64,000 nt of DNA. Source: Squalus acanthias. Taxonomy: Eukaryota. The position numbers were made by a program, and so were the translations under genes. The notes beneath the pieces were generated by a model. It saw only the letters and a list, made by a program, of their open reading frames with translations, did not search any database and had not been told where the DNA came from. Of this stretch, positions 12,501 through 24,500 are shown piece by piece. Where the stretch lies: NCBI GenBank assembly GCA_030390025.1, contig JASTWF010000067.1, positions 186,001 through 250,000 on the forward strand. Reading direction: 5' to 3'. Position 1 is the stretch's first letter, and each line of letters starts with the position of its first letter.

Positions 12501-15500
12501 ACGTTAATTCAGTAGACTTACATACAACGATAATGAAACATTTTGGGAGTTTCTTATGCACACGGGAAAGGTTCAGTTTGGCACTGGAAAGCAGAGTGGT
12601 GGCGCAATTTTTACCCTCTGTACACTACCTGTTGTTGCTGCTGCTGCCTTTGCTGGTTGGCCTTTTGTTTGGCACGGCGCTCCAGGAACTGCTTGGCAAA
12701 CTCTTTGGCCTCCGGGGTGTCACCCAGGTAAGCACGGATGTAATCATGCACCTCGTATGGCGAGTCCACTTCTTTAAGGAAGGACACAAACGTCGGGACT
12801 GCAACGACAAGGGTGCCAGTGAAAACCGAGGCAACAACACCAAAAGTCCAAATTCAATTTCTAAATTAGAAACTCTGGCTCTCTGGACCAAAGAACCACA
12901 CAAACCAAGTTTCCCCTCTCGGTTGGCTGTGAAGATCTGACCTAAAAATGAGTATCGACAGTCTCAATTCAGAGTGTGTATGGGCTAACAGCACAGAGCG
13001 GCCCTCAGACGATACACTAAACTAGTAATCTTACCCAGAGCCACAATGGCCAGTGTGGGAAGTGGAAAATGTAACACTGTTCTTCAGCAAAGACTGCTCT
13101 TCTGAAGCTGGAGCTCCGCTGTGCACCAGCCATGCTGTACATGGCCTGGGATTGTTTGATGCATGCACCGAGTGCCTAAAACACAAAGGTGCACCCAGTC
13201 CCCCCAAACCACTCCCCCCCACTCCCACAAATGGTGTGAGTGCGCGAAATTTCACCAAAATCAAGGAAAACATGATCAAACTCTGAGGGAAGAAATTGGG
13301 GGAAGGGACAAGTTCTCTCAATTTAATTCCGATTCCTTAGAATCCCAGGCAATCACAGATTGGAATCGCAGCTCCAGGTTTTTACATTCACCTACCCTCA
13401 GACATCGCCAAGTAGGGCACGAATCGGAATCTCAGGTACGGGGCAGTGGATAGAACCAATAAGCAGCGCAGGAATGGTCAATTCGGTTAAGAGCGACCAA
13501 TTCGGCTGAAAGTAACGGACCCAAAGGTGGCTGCAAGGAGTGAAGAGAGAAGGCAGTGAATGGGTTCACAGCCAACTCCCCCACTGTACTAAGCTAACTA
13601 ATCGCAACCACAGTGTGCATGTGTATTGGGGGGAGGGGGGAGAAGAGAGGATGGCAGAAGACAGGAGGTTGGCCATTCTCAGCCACCGTCTAAAAGCAGC
13701 AATGGCAGCAGTCTGGGAAGCAACCCACCCTCCCGCACTACAAGGAGCAAGCGTCTTTATTGGGACACTTTATGCACAGCTTACAAAGAAGGCTTCTCAT
13801 CTCTGCAACAGGGAGGTGCAACCCCTCTCCCATAGTCAAGCCAAATAAAATGCCTCACGCTCTCACCGAAAGGGTGCGCTCTCGATCCCGAAAACAAGCA
13901 GATGGAAAACGGAGAACCTCAACTTCTAATATAATCTAACTATAAAGATTGGCTTTGAATTAGGGTTTCCAAGCACCAAGTCCCAACACCCTGCTTAGCT
14001 ACCAGGCCAGCTCAAATGCGATTAGATTGAAGAAACACACACACACACACTATCGGGACATACCATCAAGGTTGTTGGCTGTGTTAAGGACGTGCAGCAT
14101 TTGCTCACACCACTGTGTGAAGCCATCTTGAGTTTTGTTCATTCCCTGGAACAGCTTCAGTAACTTCTCCTCGTCTTCAGTCTTCTTCTTGCTCGGTCTG
14201 GTAGGAATTCCATACGAGTCGCTGCAAAAAGAAAATTCTTGGTAGTCACGAATACGGCAGTAGGACAAACCAGATAAAGTTCAAACACAAGGCTCCTCCC
14301 AAACAAACCTCGGAAGTGCGGAACTGAGCCACATCAGACTGAAATTTTGAAGCAAGTTACAGCACAGCCTTAATCTACTTTGTAGAGTCGTGTTTCTGGA
14401 ATGAATCAACCCAGGGAGAGCCCCGAAAGCATCCCAGGACACCTGAATGGCCGGCCAGCCTGACTCACGAATGAAACAAAAAGCAAAATACTGTCGATCA
14501 AAGAACGGCAGAAACTTACAGCACAGGAGGAGGCCATTCGGCCCGTCGTGCCTGTGCTGGCTCTTTGAAAGAGCCGTCGTGCTTAGACCCACACTCCCAC
14601 ATTTTGTCCCTAACCCTGCAAGTTCCTCATCCTCAAGTATCCGTCCAACTCCCTCTTAAAATGATTGATGGAATCAGCTGCCACCACCGCTTCAGGTGGA
14701 GCGTTCCCGATCCCCACAACTCAGTAAAAACATTTCTCATCTCCCCCTCTACATCTTTTGCCAATGATTTGAAACCTGTGACCTCTGGTTATTGACCCAC
14801 TCGCCAGAGGGAGTAGTTTTTCTCTATCTACTCTATCAAAACCTATCATCTTGAAGACCTCTATTGGGTCACCATTAGATGCTGGAAAACCCCCTTCGTT
14901 TTGCCCCACTGATGAAACCTGGGGGATAGACTCGTCACTCGGGCTCTTTCCACTCTGCTCCAGACAATCCTATAAGTCGATGCTCTAACATGTAGGACAG
15001 TCTTCGCTCGACAAGCAGCGGGGAGCTGACAGAGCTGTACGCTGCAAGTGTTAGCTGGTTAAACTCTGGCAGTACCTCTGGACTCTTGGCAATCATGAGG
15101 TTTGGCTCTGCCAGCCTGCGCCTAAGCTCTCAGGGCTTGGGCAAGTGGAGCATGTCCCTACAGGGAGAGATGGTACATATCAGATCGGACAAACTCAACG
15201 TGACTTTTTCGTAGCTTCATTAGAGCCTCAAACACGGTGATCATTATCCATGCACATCAGACATCCAATCGTCAAGAAAAAGGGAGAATACACTCTGCAT
15301 TTCAGGCTATAACGTGCCCTTCATTATAAATGAACACCCCATCATACTTATTTTTATTAAGAACATAAATAGGAGGAGTAGGCCATTCGGCCCTTCGAGC
15401 CGCCATTCAATGAGATCATGGCTGATGATCTGCCTCAACTCCATTCACCGGCCCTATCGCCATATCCCTTGATGCCCTTACTAGTCAGAAATCTATCGAC

Positions 15501-18500
15501 TTCTGTTTTGAATATACCCAATGACTGAGCCTCCACAGCCCTCTGGGGTAGAGAATTCCAAAGATTCACCACCCTGTGTGTGAAGACATTTCTTCTCATC
15601 TCAGTCCTGAATGGCCTACCCTTTATCTTGAGGCTGTGGCCCCTGGTTCTAGACTCCCCAGCTAAGGGAAACATTCTCCCAGCATCTATCCTATCAAGCT
15701 CTGTAATAATTTTGTATGCTTCAATGAGATCCCCTTTCATTCTTCTGAATTCAAGAGAATACAGGCCTAGTTTACTCAATCTCTCTCATACGACAGTCCC
15801 ACCATCCCAGGAATCAATCTCGTGAACCTTCGTTGCACTCCCTCTATGGCAAGTATATCCTTCCTTAGGTAAGGAGACCAAAATTGGTCTCACCAAGGCT
15901 CTATATAATTGGAGTAAGACTTCTTTACTCCTGTACTCAAATCCTCTTGTCATGAAGGCCAGCATACCATTTGCCTTCCTAATGGCCTGCACATTCACTT
16001 TCAGTGACTCATGTACAAAGACACCCAGGTCCCTTTGAGCATCTGCATTCCCCAATCTTTCACCATTTAGGAAATACTCTGCCTTTCTGTTTTTTCTACC
16101 AAAGTGGATAACTTCATATTTATCCACATTATATTCCATTTGCCATGTTCTCACCCACTCACTGAGCCTGTCGAGATCCCCTTGAAGCCTTTAATTGTGG
16201 TTTTCCTGACCCTGATAGGTTGGTCTCTCAAGGGCACAAGGGCAGGATCAAACGATTTACAAGCTGCTGCCGAAGCAATTAACCTCTCACTGACCTTAGA
16301 GTGTGCCCATCTAGGACACATCCCCACAGGCAGCAGTGACATTAAAGGGACAGGACAAGACAAGGCCACCGTGGCTGCTAAACATCAAAAATCTAACCCC
16401 AGACCACCCGTGAAGCATGCAGAAAGCCACGGTAGATCGCCAGCAACATAATAATATAGGTTTTGAAATGGATGCAAAGTGCCCTCTTACAACAGTGTAC
16501 TCTGTTCCACTTAAACCAATCGCACTTCCATGTCGACCGCACACCTCAAATGGCTCTTTTATCCTTTGACTCAAAACACAACCAACGCCCGCCCACGCGC
16601 ATGCACACACACACCACCCACACCTTCAGGCTCATACATTTATTGAAACATGAAAAACTGAGCATTCTTCAGTGTTTGGGAGAATGGAGACAAACCTGAG
16701 CGAAGGACTGCTCCTGCTGTTCTTCAGCCCTGCACTCCTGATCACAGGGCCCGTGCTCTTCACAGCCTCATCCCCCCACAGGCTTATGTTAGAGTTCTTA
16801 CTTTCGTGCACACTCCACATGCTGCTCATATCAGAACCCCACTGACCGGGCAATCCCCACACCGACGAGTTGTTGATAGGTATACTGGAATGCTAGTGGC
16901 AGGCAGAAAAAAAGGGGAGGGAAAGTATTCAGCAAAGACAGAGAAAAACAAGGCAATATATCCTAGCCATCATCCGTCAGTTTGCAAAACCATCTAGTCA
17001 CTGGCCACAGACCAACCCAATAGACAACAGCAACTAGATAGCAGCCGCCTCTCCATCTCACGCACAATGAGGGGTGGGGAATGGGGCAAGACCACAGGAC
17101 AAACATCTACTCCATGAGGAGCAAGGAAAAGTCACTATAGCCAACTCGAGGAAAGAAAACTGCACATGGCAAGAACAGGAGGCGGGGGAGGGGGAAAGAA
17201 AGAGAAAGGCGGAGTTGGGGAAGAGGAGAGAAAGGCGGAGTTGGGGAAGAGGAGAGAAAGGCGGAGTTGGGGAAGAGGAGAGAAAGGCGGAGTTGGGGAA
17301 GAGGAGAAAGGCGGAGTTGGGGAAGAGGAGAAAGGCGGAGTTGGGGAAGAGGAGAAAGGCGGAGTTGGGGAAGAGGAGAAAGGCGGAGTTGGGGAAGAGG
17401 AGAAAGGCGGAGTTGGGGAAGAGGAGAAAGGCGGAGTTGGGGAAGAGGAGAAAGGCGGAGTTGGGGAAGAGGAGAAAGGCGGAGTTGGGGAAGAGGAGAA
17501 AGGCGGAGTTGGGGAAGAGGAGAAAGGCGGAGTTGGGGAAGAGGAGAAAGGCGGAGTTGGGGAAGAGGAGAAAGGCGGAGTTGGGGAAGAGGAGAAAGGC
17601 GGAGTTGGGGAAGAGGAGAAAGGCGGAGTTGGGGAAGAGGAGAAAGGCGGAGTTGGGGAAGAGGAGAAAGGCGGAGTTGGGGAAGAGGAGAAAGGCGGAG
17701 TTGGGGAAGAGGAGAAAGGCGGAGTTGGGGAAGAGGAGAAAGGCGGAGTTGGGGAAGAGGAGAAAGGCGGAGTTGGGGAAGAGGAGAAAGGCGGAGTTGG
17801 GGAAGAGGAGAAAGGCGGAGTTGGGGAAGAGGAGAAAGGCGGAGTTGGGGAAGAGGAGAAAGGCGGAGTTGGGGAAGAGGAGAAAGGCGGAGTTGGGGAA
17901 GAGTCGTCCCGGGACACCTGCTGCTGCTTAATACGTGCTAGTGATTGAAGTACACATTTACTGGACGCACTGGGGCAGCCATAGCGGCGATGTAATTAAC
18001 CTCAGCCATCTGGGTCAAGTTGACACAGCTGGGCAGTGGAGTGCAGGTTACCGCAGTCACTGCGCTTAGTGACCGCACGTCTTTGTCTGGTCGCCTCGTG
18101 TTTGCGATGTCACTACAAACAGCGACCAGAGCAATTCACGCCCTCTGATAATTAACCAGCGGCTCCAACTGGAAATTGTGGCTTTCGGGCGAAGAGGAGG
18201 CTTGGGTTCAGCTGCAATGCCCACACTGTTGAATACCCTGCTGGTGTATATACCCTGGTGAGGGGAAGAAGTCACTCAGGTAAGGTCCCTTGGATCTGTG
18301 CTCCAGGAAGAGTCAACTTGGCGGGAGAAGGCAGAGGGGACATTGAATTTGGGCGGGCTAATGGATACTCACTGCTCGTGCCTGCGCCCTTTGCTGCTGC
18401 TGTTTTTGCAGCTCTTGCTGCATCTCCAGTAGTGATTTAACAGACATAGCCTGCTTGGGGATGTTGTTCCAGCCAGGTGACTTCTGCTGCTGGTGCTGTT

Positions 18501-21500
18501 GAAGGGCCTTCATTATCTCCTGTTGCTGACGACACTGCTGGAGCAAAGATCATAAAAATTTACCCATTTTTAAAAATTTACATAGAAACATAGAAGATAG
18601 GAGCAGGAGTAGGCCATTCGGCCCCTCGAGCCTGCTCCGCCATTCGATGAGATCATGGCTGATCATCCAAACTCAGTACCCTGTACCTGCCTTCTCTCCA
18701 TATCCCTTGATACCTTTAGCTTTAAGAAATATATCTAACTCATTCTTGAATATATTGAATGACTTGGCCTCAACTACCTTCTGTGGTAGAGAATTCCACA
18801 GGTTCACCACTCTCTGGGTGAAGAAATTCTTCCTCATTTCTGTCCTAAATGGCTTACCCCTTATCCTTAGATTATGACCCCTGGTTCTGGACTCTCCGAC
18901 CATCGGGAACATTCTTCCTGCATCTAGTTTGTCCAGACCTGTCAGAATTTTATATGTTTCGATGAGATTCCCTCTCATTCTTCTATACTCCAGCGAGTAT
19001 AAGCCCAATCGACCCAATCTCTCCTCATATGTCATTCCTGCCATCCCAGGTATCAGCCTTGTGAATCTTCGCTGAACTCCCTCCATGGCAAGAACATCCT
19101 TCCTCAGATAAGGCGACCAAAACTGCACACAGTACTCAAGGTGTGGTCTCACCAAGGCCCTGTACAACTGCAGCAGGACATCCCTGTTCCTATACTCAAT
19201 TGGAAATTGGCGGGATTGAAGGCCGATAAATCCCCAGGGCCTGATAATCTACATCCTAGGGTACTTAAGGAAGTGGCCCTAGAAATAGTAGATGCATTGC
19301 TGATTATCTTCCAACATTTAAATAGAGACTGGAGCACAAAAATCTAAGCTGACACTCCAGTGCATGCTGAGACAGCGCTGCACTGTCGGAGGTGCCGTCT
19401 TTCGGATGAGACATTAAACCGAGGCCCCGTCTGCTCGCTCAGGTGGACGTAAAAGATCCCATGGCACTATTTTGAGAGGAACAGGGGAGTTCTCCCTGGT
19501 GTCCTGGGCCAATATTTATCCCTCAACCAACATCGCTAAAATAGATTATCTGGTCATTATCACGCTGCTGTTTGTGGGAGCTTACTGTGCGCACATTGGC
19601 AGCCGTGTTTCCCACATTACAACAGTGACTGCACTTCAAAAGTACTTTGTTGGCTGTAAAGCCCCTGGGGATGTCCTGAGGTCGTGATATAAATGCAATT
19701 TCTTTCTTTAATGATCAGTTAGGCGACGTACAAGAGGCCTCCTGACACCATACTGAGTCAGCATCTTCGGTGGGGGTGGGGCAGCAGAATTTACTAGTTC
19801 TGAGGGTCACAGACTTCACAGCAGGACCTGAAAGCATCATATGGCGTCCATGGAGTGCCATCATTTTCATTCCTGCGTCGGATTCCCAAGAAATGGAAAC
19901 GGGACTGCAGACTGGAAGGCTGCACCTCTGAATATTACAGCTATTCTATGCTGCGGACTGTAAAGCACAGAGGCATTCCACCCAGAGACTGGGACGTCCC
20001 TTCACTTCAGAAATGTGAGCTGCTCTGATGGCTCAGTAGGCGCTGCACGACATGACAGGAGTCCCACAGACCACAAGTTGCTACACTCAATCCCCTGCTG
20101 CGTTGTACAATTGGTATTAGCCAAGGCAGTAGTCAGGGAGCTGGAATTGTCCTCAGCATCCTGGTGGCAGGATGGGGAAATCAACCAGGTCCCTGCCGCT
20201 GACCACACACACACCCCATGGTCCCTGCCGCTGACCACACACACACCCCATGGTCCCTGCCGCTGACCACACACACCCACCCCATGGTCCCTGCCGCTGA
20301 CCACACACACACACACACACCCCCCAGGGTCCCTGCCGCTGACCACACACACACCCCCAGGGTCCCTGCCGCTGACCACACACACACACCCCAGGGTCCC
20401 TGCCGCTGACCCCACACACACCCCATAGGTCCCTGCCGCTGACCCACACACACCACCCCATGGTCCCTGCCGCTGACCACACACACACACCCCATGGTCC
20501 CTGCCGCTGACCACACACACAACCCATAGTCCCTGCCGCTGACCACACACACATCCCATGGTCCCTGCCGCTGACCACACACACACACCCCATAGTCCCT
20601 GCCGCTGACCACACACACACACCCCAGGGTCCCTGCCGCTGACCACACACACACACACACACACCCCAGGGTCCCTGCCGCTGACCACACACACACACCC
20701 CAGGGTCCCTGCCGCTGACCCCACACACACACCCCAGGGTCCCTGCCGCTGACCCCACACACACCCCATAGTCCCTGCCGCTGACCACACACACACCCCA
20801 TGGTCCCTGCCGCTGACCACACACACACACCCCATGGTCCCTGCCGCTGACCACACACACACACCCATAGTCCCTGCCGCTGACCACACACACATCCCAT
20901 GGTCCCTGCCGCTGACCACACACACACACCCCATAGTCCCTGCCGCTGACCACACACACACACCCCAGGGTCCCTGCCGCTGACCACACACACACCCCAG
21001 GGTCCCTGCCGCTGACCACACACACCCCCAGGGTCCCTGCCGCTGACCACACACACACACCCCATAGTCCCTGCCGCTGACCACACACAGTAACACACAC
21101 AACCCCCCCCGGGGTCCCTGCTGCCGACCACCGCGCAGTAACACACACACAAATGGGTTCGGTTGAATGTTGAGCAAGGACATGTTCAGGTTCGGGAGTG
21201 TGATGCCAGGTGCTGTCGAATAGCCTGACGATGCTCGGCTCATGCACGAGAGGAGTTTTTGGACCAGCTACCAGACCACTCACGGCAACGTGGGATCGTA
21301 CAGGGGCATAACTTTGAATAACCAAGCGCATCCTTGTCCGACTTACCTCCTCCCTGCGCTGCCGCTCCCTCTCCTCCTCCAGCTTCTGGAGCGGTGGTAC
21401 GGAGTTGGATTGCTGCCCCCATGTGGTGGAAGAAGGGATCTGATGAAGGAACAACATTTCAGACTTATCCTGCAACATATAGAATTAACAGCACGGAAAC

Positions 21501-24500
21501 AGGCTATTCGGCCCAACTGGTCCATGCTGGTCCACACGAGCCTCCTCCCACCCCATCAACATAACCTTCTATTCCTTTCTCATATCTAGCTTCCACTTAA
21601 ATGCATCGATGCTCTTCACCTCAATTACTCCTTGTGGTAGCGTGTTCCACATTCTAAGCAGTCTCTGGGTAAAGAGTTTCTCCTGAACTCCTTATTGGAC
21701 TTGATGGTGATTACCTTAGATTTATGGCCCCTAGTTCTGGTCTCCCCCACAAGTAGGGGTGTTATTAACCCCGAGGAGTAAGGGGTCTCCCACATTCACT
21801 GTGACTTATCTAACCTCACAAAGTCAAGCTCCATCACTCCTCTGAGCAGGGGGGGGGAGGGGGGCTGGGCACGCGGGGGAGGGGGCGAGGCTACTGAACG
21901 CCATCTACCATACTTTTGTCCACTGATTTAGTCTATGTCCCTTTGTAAGTTCCTGCTCCCATCCACGCAACTTACTGTGCCGCCTAAATTAACGTCATCT
22001 GCAATCTTGCATATATAACTCTCTATTCCTTCACCCAAGTCATTAATATATTTATGGTGTAAAGCTGAGGCTCCAGTACAGATCCCTGGGGAACACCACA
22101 CATCACATCCTGCCAATCAGAGGACAACCTTTATCCCCGATCTCTTATCCAATCCCAACCAATTACCGACCCACGTCACACGATTAACTCCAAATATCAT
22201 CTCTCAGGACAGCTGCCAGGAAGCCAGGCAATGACCCATAGGAAGAGGGGAAAAATCCCCACATGGCTTTTAATAGGACGCTTGGACTTTCTGTAGGTAA
22301 ACTGGAATAACCCTGCCCTCTAACTGCACCTCCTTGCAGCGAGAGAGCCGTACTTTAACTCAGTTTAATCACAATCCCACACCTGTGAATGGAGGTCCAG
22401 GGGAAGGTAGAACAGCAAGTCCGAGAAGGGGCCCAGGTGAAGGAGAACTCTTCTGCAAATGGCCTCCGAGTGAAAGTATCACTCTCGCCAGATTGAGGCA
22501 CACCAAACTCATCTCTCAAGAGCACACAGCCAGCAGGGAGATTTTTATCCTGTCAGTCAGGCCGGAATCAAATCCAGGACGTAGGCAAGCCCCCATAAGC
22601 TTCCACCAAACTCAAGAGGCAACGACAGGTGAGCAGTACCTTTATGTGTGCCAACTGCTGCTGCTGCAAGCGCCTCAGTGCCTCCTGCTGCTGCCTGTGC
22701 CTCAGCATCTCCTGTTGCCGCTGGAGCTGCAAGTCCATCTCCTTGCGTTTCCGTTCCTCCTCCTCCAGCCTGCGCCTGGCCTCCTCCTCCAGCTGGCGCC
22801 TGCTCTCCTCCTCCTCCAGCCACCGCCGGGTTTCATCTTGCTGCTGCCGCCGGTCTTTCTCCTGGAACAACAAGACACGAGCACATGCAGTGGTTGAGGT
22901 GAATAGCAGAGATGCATTTAAGGGGAAGCTAGATAAACACACGACGGAGAAAGGAATAGAAGGATATGCCGATCGGGTTAGAGGAAGTAAGGTGGGAGAA
23001 GGCTCATGTGGAGCAGAAACACCAGCATGGACCAGTTGGGCCAAATGGTCGGCAGCAGGGACCCTGTGGTGTGTGTTTCTGTGTTGTAAGTACTATGTAA
23101 TGATTTACAACACTTACTTTCATAACTGCCCAGCCTAGCAATAGGTTCATGGGAGATGCTTTTTAAAAAAATGTTTTTTTATTCATTCCTGGGATGTGGG
23201 CGTCGCTGGCAAGGCCAGCATTTATTGCCCATTCCCTAATTGCCCTCGAGAAGGTGGCGGTGAGTCACCTTATACAACTGAGTGGCTTGCTCGGCCATTT
23301 CAAAGTGCGGAGGTTTGGTTACGGGGCACCCCCAGTTTCTCAGTCTCTGCATAGCATTTTCTGAAGGCACTGGAAAAGCTCGACAGGGTCCGAGGGGCCA
23401 ACAATTCATCAGACACTTGCAGCTGGGGGTGGATGAATGAGAGTCTCCACATAGAATTGTAAATTAACACGTGCAAGTCAAGCTTTTATAAAATGGAAAA
23501 CCCCTCTGCCGGGGGGGGAGGGAGAGTGGGCTGGGAGGTGCTTTCCTTTACATCTCCACACTTCGCTTAACCTGCTTCAATTAAACAGCTTCCACTAAAA
23601 CTGGGGTAGGGAGAGACTTTGCTACTCTACCCTCACTACACCTACATGTGTCAGCCGTGGCTCAGTTGGTAGCACCCTTGCCTCGGAGTTCAAGTCCCAC
23701 TCCAGAGACTTGAGCACAAAAATCTAGGCTGACGCTCCAGTGTAGCACTGAGGGAGTGCTGCACTGTCTGAGGTGCCGTCTTTAGGATAAGACGCTAAAC
23801 CAAGAGAGGTTAAACGTCTGCTCTCTCAGGTGGACGTAAAAGATCCCATGGCTCTATTTTGAAGAGGAGCAGGGGAGTTCTCCCCGGTGTCCTGGCCAAT
23901 ATTTATCCCTCAACCAACATCACCAAAACAGACACTAACACATCTCAGATTACTTGTCACGACCGGTGAAGTTTCACAATAATTGCACCAAACACCGCTC
24001 TGGAATATGACCATTCCAAGATGAATAGCTGTCAAAGGGCTTGCGTTGGAGGATATACGATCTGTTTTAGGGGCGAGTCCCACACGCGCGCACACAGTAA
24101 AGGTGTGGCAAATCACCTGTTTTCGGATGATGTCCTCCATCTGCCGCCTTTCCTCCTCGTCACGTCGCCTCAGGGCCTCCTCTTGTCTGCGATCCTCCTC
24201 CTCTCTTTGGCGCCGGGCAGCCTCCTCCTGCTGCTCCCTCTGAAATCGGACCACCTCTTCCTGGAAGGAAACGGGTCAGGTTATTTCGGGCCGTGGTTGG
24301 GCGAGTCGTCTCCAGTTTGCAGCATGGGAACTTGGCCTTCACACCACCCCCCCACCCCCAGCCCCAAAATACAGAAATGAAACACACTGGTGTAAGTCAG
24401 TCGAGCTCCAACGTGTTGCTGTTGAACCTAGGTATATTTGAGCCCCAATTTCCAGACATAGTAAAGTGACAGAGAGCAACACCAGGGATAAGTGGCACGG

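Noticed and set aside
15300-15347. Possible intronic C/D box snoRNA
   Set aside because: Imperfect C box (AUGAUGG), too short, no terminal stem.
17074-17948. Long repetitive ORFs ([23 protein letters not shown])
   Set aside because: Translations of a stop-free 24-bp minisatellite in several frames; no splice or codon evidence.
20002-21478. Cys/Val-rich 323-441 aa ORFs, and a CRISPR-like constant core with variable spacers
   Set aside because: Minisatellite with (AC)n spacers in a vertebrate intron; spacers are not unique and there are no cas genes. Only 21347-21439 is a real exon.
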